Positions 11,428 to 19,734 of a stretch of DNA of 64,000 bases are shown in pieces (positions within the stretch are counted from its first letter, which is position 1; each line of letters opens with the position of its first letter). The notes below the pieces were generated by a model, which made no database searches, was not told the DNA's origin, and saw only the letters and a list, made by a program, of their open reading frames with translations. This stretch comes from Macrostomum lignano. Lineage: Eukaryota. Location: the NCBI GenBank assembly GCA_002269645.1, contig NIVC01000422.1:186001-250000 (forward strand), read 5' to 3'. The position numbers and the translations under genes are program-made.

Positions 11428-11808
11428 ATGCCGATTATTTTTGAGAAAGACGTGGACAAATACTATGACAAAGAGGAACTTAATCTTATTAAACGCGGAT
11501 CTGGACTTTTCCCTGCAGGCCACTATCCAAGAAAAGAACGCTCTGGGAACGGTCTTGCTGATTTGATCGCTCAAGGGGCCAAGATTTTTAAGGTCATTGG
11601 AGAGAACAAAGAGAACATCAAGAACGTTGCCGAAGCGGCTGGCAGTGTAGCCACAGCAGCCAAAAAGATAAAGGATACTGTAACACCTAAACAAGAGATT
11701 CAACCTCCACTGGCCCCGCTGGCCCCAAACCCAGACAGTGTGGACCCTGCAGTCTATGAGAAGATGAGAGCAAGCATTAAAAAAGGAAGTGGTTTCAAAT
11801 TTGACTAA
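11428..11808 (+). CDS. Small putative virion core or membrane-active protein with GxG processing motifs (126 aa)
   Basis: ATG after an AT-rich spacer (TAAAAAGATG); KRGSGL, RSGNGL, KKGSGF; amphipathic LADLIAQGAKIFKVIG. Confidence 0.55.
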   Translation: MPIIFEKDVDKYYDKEELNLIKRGSGLFPAGHYPRKERSGNGLADLIAQGAKIFKVIGENKENIKNVAEAAGSVATAAKKIKDTVTPKQEIQPPLAPLAPNPDSVDPAVYEKMRASIKKGSGFKFD

Positions 11809-11855
11809 AGGTACTTTCCGAGGGTACAAGAAATGTAAAGGTACAAGACTAGTCT

Positions 11856-11977
11856 CAAAATGACACATCTAAGTCCCAAAATGACACATCTAAGTCCCAA
11901 AATGACACAATTAAGTACCAAAATGACACATCTAAGTCCCAAAATGACACATCTAAGTCCCGAAATGACACATCTAA
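11856..11977 (+). repeat. 21-bp tandem repeat CAAAATGACACATCTAAGTCC, about 6 copies
   Basis: Read directly; translates as (MTHLSPK)n in frame with the ATPase. Confidence 0.95.
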
Positions 11978-12015
11978 ATTATTTATTATTTAATTTTTTT
12001 TTCATCATAGAAAAA

Positions 12016-12816
12016 ATGGACTTTTCAAACGACTTCAATCCTCACTGGACGCGTAATCAGATTAAGTTTTCTCATCATGAGTCAATCCCGAGTCACTTCA
12101 GATGCATTGTTGTTGGTTCGTCAGGTTCAGGTAAAACATTCAGAGTCTTTAACATGCTTCTTAGACCTGGATTTATCGACTATGACACTCTGCACATCTA
12201 CTCTCCCACACTGTATCAAGATGAGTATAGAATGCTGATTGCAGGGCTTCAAAACAAGCTGAACAAAGAGGACATTATTGCATGTTTTAATAACCAAATG
12301 AGCCTTCCCAGTAACCCTGAAATTGTAGCTGCCGAATATGCAAAGCACCTCAAAGACAATGAAAAATGGCAGAACATTAAAGTGTTCACCTATGGAGATC
12401 CACAGGCTGATCCAAAGACCAAACTTCTACCCCAACCAGATGAGCTAGAAAAGGGGAGAAAGCATTTGATCGTCTTTGATGATTGTATGACAGGCCCACA
12501 GAAGCAGATAGAAAACTATTTTACAAGAGGGCGACATAACAATTGTAATGTAATTTACATTGCACAGAACTGGTTCGAGCTCCCGAACAAAACAATTCGT
12601 GGGAACTGCAATCTGATTCTCCTGTTTCCAACCATTCCACAGGACAGGTTAAAAAGATTTTACAATGAGGTCATTGCGCCTGCCTATTTTATAAATCCAA
12701 CAAAAAACTCAAGCAGAAAGATTTCACAAGAGGAATTCGTTAATCTTTGCTATGACAAGTGGAATCAGCCTTACCAGTTTGTGATTATCAGCAAAGAAAA
12801 AAGAACTGTAATTTAA
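12016..12816 (+). CDS. Genome packaging ATPase (FtsK/HerA superfamily, A32-like)
   Basis: Walker A IVVGSSGSGKT, Walker B LIVFDD, arginine finger FTRGRH, then VIYIAQNWF; probable start MDFSNDF at 12016. Confidence 0.95.
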   Translation: MDFSNDFNPHWTRNQIKFSHHESIPSHFRCIVVGSSGSGKTFRVFNMLLRPGFIDYDTLHIYSPTLYQDEYRMLIAGLQNKLNKEDIIACFNNQMSLPSNPEIVAAEYAKHLKDNEKWQNIKVFTYGDPQADPKTKLLPQPDELEKGRKHLIVFDDCMTGPQKQIENYFTRGRHNNCNVIYIAQNWFELPNKTIRGNCNLILLFPTIPQDRLKRFYNEVIAPAYFINPTKNSSRKISQEEFVNLCYDKWNQPYQFVIISKEKRTVI

Positions 12817-12832
12817 AATTTGCTATTAAAAG

Positions 12833-13411
12833 ATGTCGATAAACTTTGCAGGTGAATCCATTTCTGGCAACAGCGCTCTTACATCAGCTCAGATATCCAT
12901 CCTTGACAGGCGATATATCAACAGCGACGAAAAGATCCCAGAGATCAAACTGAATAAAAACAGACTGAAACAATTAGAGCGCTCCATGCACCAGTTGCAA
13001 ATAAACATGGAAGATCTCAGGCTTAAAGTAGCTAGGCAGAAGTTTGAAAGTGATAAGCTTTATGTGCCGTTGTTAAACGCAACTAATGAACTTAGGTCAG
13101 AAATAACTTCGATAGTCTCGCTAATCAACGGCTTGAGATCATCAGTTAATCTTCTGGGAAATTCCACTGATAGACGGATGCGTATTCTCGAAGGAGGAGT
13201 TTTCACAAACACAGCTAAAGTAAATAATTTAGAAGAGTTCATGAACCAGTCAACAGCGTTGCATGATAGAATTAAAGAAAACGTCGCAACCAACACAGTT
13301 AAAGTCAATAATTTAGAAGAGTTCATGACTCAGTCAACATCGTTGCATGATCGAATCAAAGAAAGACTTGAAGCATTAAAGAGAAAGGATGTATCAACAG
13401 TAGCTATCTAA
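12833..13411 (+). CDS. Coiled-coil protein (192 aa) with an internal duplication
   Basis: Heptad-rich; TAKVNNLEEFMNQSTALHDRIKE is repeated as TVKVNNLEEFMTQSTSLHDRIKE. Confidence 0.7.
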   Translation: MSINFAGESISGNSALTSAQISILDRRYINSDEKIPEIKLNKNRLKQLERSMHQLQINMEDLRLKVARQKFESDKLYVPLLNATNELRSEITSIVSLINGLRSSVNLLGNSTDRRMRILEGGVFTNTAKVNNLEEFMNQSTALHDRIKENVATNTVKVNNLEEFMTQSTSLHDRIKERLEALKRKDVSTVAI

Positions 13412-13416
13412 ACGGA

Positions 13417-13650
13417 ATGTATAGCTCCTGGGGTAAAATACTAAGGAGGCTTGATCGTCTGGAGAGAACACTCAATCTTCGTGACATTGCTATTGATGAA
13501 GCAGAATCTGCTGCTCGTCCGGTCATGTCTACAGATCGAGTAGAAGGAGCTCTGGACCCCGCCGGAGTAATCCGGCACGCTCTCAAACGTCAGCCGCCCA
13601 GCCGCTGCCTGCTGGACTCGCGATCCTCCGGCGTCACGAGAGCCGCCTAG
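13417..13650 (+). CDS. Polinton hypothetical protein (77 aa)
   Basis: ATG 5 nt after the previous stop, co-oriented in the gene block. Confidence 0.4.
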   Translation: MYSSWGKILRRLDRLERTLNLRDIAIDEAESAARPVMSTDRVEGALDPAGVIRHALKRQPPSRCLLDSRSSGVTRAA

Positions 13651-13740
13651 ACAACCGGCGGTGCAGATGGAATTATCAAAAAGAAAACAGATCTTTCAAC
13701 CGGTAGTTTTATAATTTTTTTTTTTTTTCTAGAGAAAAAA

Positions 13741-13923
13741 ATGGCCCAACAAAATTCTCTATACGATCAGTCTCAATACGTTGAACCTAAAATACCGACA
13801 GCACCAAACTCAATGGCACCGAATTCGAACACACAAAACCTGGCACCGAATCTGAATGCACCCAATATGAGCAACAAAAACTCTACCCTGTCATTACTTG
13901 TAACTCTCAGCAGTTTCGACTAG
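13741..13923 (+). CDS. Polinton hypothetical protein (60 aa, N/P-rich)
   Basis: ATG in a T-run-TAGAGAAAAAAATG context shared with the pPolB start. Confidence 0.4.
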   Translation: MAQQNSLYDQSQYVEPKIPTAPNSMAPNSNTQNLAPNLNAPNMSNKNSTLSLLVTLSSFD

Positions 13924-13937
13924 TGGAGATTCAAAAA

Positions 13938-14453
13938 ATGCGCGATGATCTTGAAAAAAATATTTTCCACAACACAAAGAAAATTAAGCGCTATGACAAC
14001 CACTGTAAATTTTTCGACTACAGCAATATGATTCTAGGATCTGTGTCTGTTCTATCTGGATCTGCTGCAGCTGTCTCAGTGTTGCCAGTCATCACAGCCC
14101 CAATCGCAATCCCGCTCGGCTCTGTGGGTGCTGCATGTGGACTTATTTCAGCAATTACTGGAGCATTAGCGCGAAACAGGCGAAAAAAACTAAAGCAGCT
14201 ACAGGAGAAGCAAGTAAAAGAGAAAGGGGTGCACACTTCAATCATAGGGTACATTTCAAGGGCAATCGAGGATAAGTTCATTTCAGAGGATGAGTTCAAA
14301 ACCATTCAGGATCTTTATGAACAATCAATTCGAATGAACTTGAACATGGTCGGTACTGATGACATGAGTCAGCTGAGAAATGAACTGGAGAAAGTTCTTC
14401 AACATTATGCGGAAAGAAGGACAACGAGAAGTACAACGAGGAATGCACAATGA
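13938..14453 (+). CDS. Polinton small membrane protein (two hydrophobic helices, basic tail, acidic helical end)
   Basis: ILGSVSVLSGSAAAVSVLPVITAPIAIPLGSVGAACGLISAITGALARNRRKK...YISRAIEDKFISEDEF; probable ATG at 13938. Confidence 0.7.
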   Translation: MRDDLEKNIFHNTKKIKRYDNHCKFFDYSNMILGSVSVLSGSAAAVSVLPVITAPIAIPLGSVGAACGLISAITGALARNRRKKLKQLQEKQVKEKGVHTSIIGYISRAIEDKFISEDEFKTIQDLYEQSIRMNLNMVGTDDMSQLRNELEKVLQHYAERRTTRSTTRNAQ

Positions 14454-14457
14454 ACTC

Positions 14458-14859
14458 CTATGAAACACAGGTACGAATAATTTCCTTGTAGGTCTTTCGT
14501 GTTTTGGTCATTGCATACAAAACAGTCATGCACAGCTCACCGCAAATATCACTGCTAAGACCTTGAAGAATAAAGTCTGAGCGATAAATTTTTTTATTCT
14601 TTTTTCCCTTCATATAATTTCTTAGCTCTTCTGGTACTGCCGTCCCATAGCTATCAAAGTAATAACACTTGTGCTTGCGATCGGGATCAATCACCCAGCA
14701 AACCCAATGAGATCCCGGCTTATCAGTGGTGTCAAAGTTCATGATGCCGCATTCCTTTCTTAGAGGAAAATCAGGCAGAGTGTCCCTCATAAATATTCCT
14801 CTAAAGTTTGGGATTTCCAGTTCGTTAGCCAAATCTTCAAGAAAGTTATTTGTCGTCAT
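14458..14859 (-). CDS. Adenain-like cysteine protease (capsid maturation)
   Basis: Catalytic motifs GSHWV (His), YYFDSYG (Asp), Q...DICG (Gln/Cys). Confidence 0.95.
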   Translation of the reverse strand: MTTNNFLEDLANELEIPNFRGIFMRDTLPDFPLRKECGIMNFDTTDKPGSHWVCWVIDPDRKHKCYYFDSYGTAVPEELRNYMKGKKNKKIYRSDFILQGLSSDICGELCMTVLYAMTKTRKTYKEIIRTCVS

Positions 14860-14892
14860 TTTTTATGAGGTTTATTAAACTTTCTCTTAAAC

Positions 14893-17800
14893 CTAAACCC
14901 AATATCCACCTCCTAAACCTAACCTCCAATGCCCGAACGGTAGACTGTTGATATTGTCATCAAAAATGAATCTCTTGTTATCTGCACCTGACAGTCCAAT
15001 CTTCTTTTGCTGAATTGTGTGAATAATATGGTTTTTAGATTGTAGCTTTGAGAACTCATGTGATGTCTTTTTGTTGCAATTCAAGGCGTCTCTGTATTCA
15101 GCTTCATTAATTTCCTTCCTAACTACACGTTTCGGAATTCCCTTTGATTTTTTGATTGGGTCTGACGACTCACATTTTATAAAATAGGACTTTGCTCTCA
15201 ACCCAATGAATTCAGTGATTATATCACCAGCAATCTCGTCCTTCATTTTCCCAATCACTTTCTTGTTAGTGGCGTCAAACACTTGATCACCATTCAGCGT
15301 CCTGCAAGATTCGTCATACTCAGACAAGTCAAACAACTCTTTTTGCTGCAGCATGTCCTGATAAATGTCTTCTGTTTGAATGTCGATAATAAAACTGTCT
15401 GTGTCAGTGTACAAGAGTTTCATTTTATCCTTGTACTGCTGCTTCATGCCATAGAAGAATTGGTACATCAGACGTTTTGATTCGTCGAGAACAGTGACAC
15501 CTGTATAGATCGGCTTGCGCAGCGTCACCTTGGTTTTGTAAAATATGATCACACCTAAGTAGCTATTAAAGATATGGAGTTCTTTGAATGTTGGCTTTGA
15601 CATATTTGCCTGAATAACATCAGGCTCTGATGAGGTAACAAGTTTCAGGTTTGTTCTTTTCCGCTCATTCTCAAGAGTCTTGCCATAGACAGAGTTGTTG
15701 GCCAACTTAAAGAGGTTCTTGTCAAAGTCGTTGGTTGCTTTGGTCCTAAACTGGGTGTTCTTATCAATGTAGGGTTTCATCCACGCTTCCTCTGTAAATG
15801 TAAGAGCCCTGTGAACTTTGGTGACCCTGCAACCAAGTGAGATAAAATACTGAAGCAGTTTGTAATGAATTTTGTAACGTGTCTTGTTGTTTAGATTCTG
15901 TGTTAGCTTCTCTGTATGTTCTTTTTCTGTTCCTGACAGGTGCCAAGTTCCATTATTATCATTGGGAGTTTCGATTATTTTCGGGCACTTGATGTTCTCT
16001 GGGAAGGGTGGAAAGTCAGAGAAATAGTCGTGAAGCTCTGGTGGAATGTAAACATCAACCTCATAAATGGCAGCCAATGAAAAGTCCCATTTGAATTCTG
16101 ATGAGGGTAGCCATCGAAAATCTCTAACTGGAAGATCTTGACTCATCGCCCACCCGTAGAGATTATTAGCGTCCAAGTAAGTAATGTAGTTTGTGGGCTG
16201 CTCCTTATTTTAAGATTCAATGTAGGGATTGTTTGCTTTTGCATACCTGTTAACGCAAATTGAGATTCCCCCTCGTTTTGACGATTCGACAAAATTGTAC
16301 ATGTCAATGTCTGTAAGAAGTTCAATGTACCAATCTGGATCTTGATCCCATTTCATTTTAAGCAAAGATTCCCAGCTAGTGGCAGGCAGAGACACATAAT
16401 GTGCTGGATCGAGGCCATATGCTGTGTACCAGGTGTCTCTGAAGGTTTCAAACACATCGGCCAGCAGAAACACATCTGTGTAGAGGTAAAGCAGGTGATA
16501 CTGGAAGAAGTTTTGACAATTAAAGTAATTATAGACATGCTTCGCGTGCTCATAGTCTTTGTCAGAGATTCCAGAGTCTGTTAGCTTTGAAAAGAACTTC
16601 TCCTGTGGTGGTAAACCTTCTTCAAATACATGATACCCAGTAATATTCTCATAGGGGTAGAAGCCTTTCTTTCTTAAAAGTTTAAATGATTCATCAGTGT
16701 TGTTAATTTTACTTGCAAACATCTTTATATATGTACATTGTTCATCTTTTAGATTCTTGCTTAGTTCGTCTAGACTGGCAGCTAGAAATTGATATGAATC
16801 CTTCAGTCTTATTTTACCTGTACCCGAATTATCCTGTTTAATATCAACACACTTAAACTTCTCCTTGTTCTCTGCGATGCAATCAAGGTGTATGTCTGGA
16901 ATCATGCCGATTTTTTCAACTATTAAATGCATGTCATAGTTCTTTGCGTTGTGACAAAATATCGTTAGATCATGAATGTTCGATTTTAGCTTTAGATTAC
17001 AGGTGTTATGCGCTGCACCTCTAAATTTCCCAGTAAAGTGGCAGTGGTCCCTAACGGTGGGGTTTTTAATATTAGTGCAAGTTAAATGTTTCCTGCAGAT
17101 GTGACAATGAGTTGCTGATAGGAAATTGCTTTCATCCTCAGACATACTTATTGGAACAGGTTGAAGGGTGCTAATCACTTTTTGCAACTCTAACATTCTG
17201 GCAATAAACTGCTCCACACACTGCTCTCCAAAGAAATAATTATACTCAACAAGTCCTTTTGTATTAATAAAGGCATATGCTACTGAATTGGGGATATGTT
17301 TTTGAGTTTGAGTTTGTTTTTGAGTTTCTGGCATGATTGAACATTCGAAATCAGCATATACAACAAATGGGAGCTTCTCCATCTTATGATAGTTCTTAAA
17401 CCGGAGATACTTCTCTTCAGCTGAAGGAAGAGAGCAGTTTGTTGGGTGATCCTCGCATGATAATTCATGCTCTGCTAGTTTTTCAAAGCGCTCAGGCCCA
17501 CTGTAATGCTTAAGGCACAAGCGGCAGATGGCAACAGCCTCGTGATGATTATTCAATTGCTTGTGAATGAGTCTTGAAAGATCTTTAATCCAAACATAGT
17601 GAGCCTCCTCTAGTAAATTACCAATCACTAGAAGATCCACTTCAGTCCGCCTTTTCCCCTCAGGATCTAAAACGTCTTTGCTACATCTGACCGGTTGAAC
17701 ATTCTCAGCTTTTTCACTCCACTCAAAGACTGTGATTCTTATTTTGTTATTAAACACTTCTTCTAGCTTTGGGATCTGAGAGATCGCCAAGCCTCCTTTG

Positions 17801-18726
17801 TCAAACCTGATTCCCTTCTTTTCGCATTCAATGAGATAGTAGTTGAAATAATTTTGATAATTTGAGGTTCTTTCGGGGTGGTGAGGGACACAAAAAAGTG
17901 CAGAAAGAACTGCCCATAGGGCACAGCAATTGTCTTTATTTTTAACATTTATGCAAGCTTTTTTGCCGGCTAGCTTGTGTGGGAGCTCTATATAAGAGGA
18001 GGCTTTAAGTGGGTCATATTTCATGACCATGACAGTCGCTCTTTGAATCCCTCCCACGACCCATCCGGAACCTCTGGATGTAAACGCTTCAATTTTCTTA
18101 GTGACATCTTGAAGGAAAGGATCCAGTGTGTCTGTTGGGGTGAATGGCTTTGCCTTTGTTGTCATGTAATACTCGAGATGCTCAGTGGGTTTCGCAGGCA
18201 TATAAAACGCAATCTTGAATGATATCTGTAGTTTAAAAGTCTTGCGTGTTTTGAGTGTGTGATCAACAACTGATTGGATGCTGTGTTTATAGTCGTAGAT
18301 GTTTGCGGTGGTATCATTAATTGGGATTGTGTACTCTATGTAATGTTCTGTAAACTTCCTCTGTGCAAAATTAATCTCTTCAGTGGCAAGCTCCGACTCT
18401 TTTAAATGGATTAATTGCTCTAATTTCTCTTGTTCCTGCTTATTTTGTGGGTACTTTGCTTTTTCACCAGTGAGAGTTTCATATTTGTTAACTAAGTTGC
18501 GACTCCTCTCTTGGTGTTCCTTTGCAGGATTTTTTATAGGCGTATACTGGTTGGATTCTAATTGATTGATGATTTCCAACTGTTTTTCATAGCTTCCCAG
18601 GTGACCAGGGTCGGTGTTAAACTTTTGTTTACATTCTTCTCTTAGTAAATTACTTTTGTCTTGAAATGAGACGCCTTTTGAAAAATATTTGTTGACCAAA
18701 TCTTTTGCTGGATTGGCTTTTGGCAT
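14893..18726 (-). CDS. Protein-primed family B DNA polymerase (about 1277 codons) interrupted by one in-frame TAA at 16210-16212
   Basis: N-terminal INVKNKDNCCALW...HYVWIKD (OTU-like), C2H2 CRLCLKHY...HELSC, ExoI VYADFECS, EndoVII-like RDHCHFTGKFRGAAHNTCN, Pol motifs YLDANNLYGWAM, KLANNSVYGKT, YTDTDS. The two ORFs share a frame, separated by stop + NKEQPTNYITY. Confidence 0.97.
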
Positions 18727-18850
18727 TTTTTTCTCTAAAATAAAAAAAATTTTTGAGGGTGACCACCCTGATAGAAAAGTTGAACTGTTTCTACATCCTA
18801 TCAGTAGCGCTAGGTTTATGAAGCTGGATAAAGTGGGGTTTTAAACCTCA

Positions 18851-19297
18851 TCACATCCGCATTATTGTAAACCCAGCATTGTGCAGTGTCATGATTGCTT
18901 TGACAATGTCAGACTTGCTTACAGAATTTTCATTCTCACAATCATCACGATCGGGGCAGCCCTCTCCTGCCTTAATTGTTATACCTTTGTCTCTTGCAAT
19001 CTTTTGCAATTCAAGCTGGTGGGCCCTATCATTCCCAGCTTTAACGGCAGTTGCTACACCTCCAGCTACACCACCTGCGGCACTTACAGCGCCTGCAATA
19101 ATCGGGATAAGAGCTGCTAATGGTAGGATTCCTCCTGACTTTTCATCTGTGATGCTGTGTCTTTGCTCATTACACTGAAGTATTTGCTGCGTGGGATCGA
19201 TTTTTACTTTGGCACCTTTAATTGATATAATACCTGGTTTCTTTGATTCAATGATTTTATTGAGTTTATTGATGGTTCTGGTTTCAATCTTTGTCAT
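18851..19297 (-). CDS. Adenovirus pX/Mu-like core protein (148 aa)
   Basis: KSGG-ILPLAALIPIIAGAVSAAGGVAGGVATAV resembles the adenovirus pX C-terminal GG-(F/I)LP-LIP-IA-AIGA segment. Confidence 0.7.
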   Translation of the reverse strand: MTKIETRTINKLNKIIESKKPGIISIKGAKVKIDPTQQILQCNEQRHSITDEKSGGILPLAALIPIIAGAVSAAGGVAGGVATAVKAGNDRAHQLELQKIARDKGITIKAGEGCPDRDDCENENSVSKSDIVKAIMTLHNAGFTIMRM

Positions 19298-19313
19298 TTT
19301 TTATTTTAATATT

Positions 19314-19613
19314 TTAATTAATTTCTGTGTCAGCTGGTATCACTAGGAGTTCAGCTCTAGTGAATGACCGCGTGGGGGATTTAGGGTTAAAGGCCTGAGA
19401 TAAAAAGTAATAGTCACCGGAGTCGGAGGTAAAATGTCTGTCTATTTTATGTACATCAAGGCTGAAGTATGGATCTGTAGCTCTTCTTTTGGTGTCCTTC
19501 TCTAGCTCTCCAGGTAGATATAAAAAGCGTAGAAACTCAGAGTTTGTCAGTATGTATGGTGATTCAACTCCTGGAAGCTTAGGGTAGTTCGAGGTGTGTT
19601 TTGTGTTGTGTGT
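19314..19613 (-). CDS. Polinton integrase, C-terminal part separated by the LINE insertion
   Basis: My translation: THNTKHTSNYPKLPGVESPYILTNSEFLRFLYLPGELEKDTKRRATDPYFSLDVHKI...LLVIPADTEIN-stop; in frame with 25376-26113 once one TSD copy is removed. Confidence 0.9.
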   Translation of the reverse strand, partial: THNTKHTSNYPKLPGVESPYILTNSEFLRFLYLPGELEKDTKRRATDPYFSLDVHKIDRHFTSDSGDYYFLSQAFNPKSPTRSFTRAELLVIPADTEIN

Positions 19614-19734
19614 GTTGTGTGGGGTGACTTACTTGACTTAGCTGCAGGGTGGTCCGTAGACACAGCGGGGAGGCGAGGGTCGCCCATTCCGCTAGCCCCT
19701 GAAGGCCCGCAGACAGGCAGAGGCGTGGGGCCGG

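Noticed and set aside
16210-16212. TAA read as Tyr (alternative genetic code)
   Set aside because: TAA terminates many other ORFs of the same element at sensible positions (MCP, ATPase, integrase, pPolB itself); a point change is simpler.
18768-18806. Imperfect hairpin CTGATAG...CTATCAG between the pX-like stop and the pPolB start as a terminator
   Set aside because: Only a 7-bp outer stem with a poorly paired interior; not distinguishable from chance without sibling alignments.
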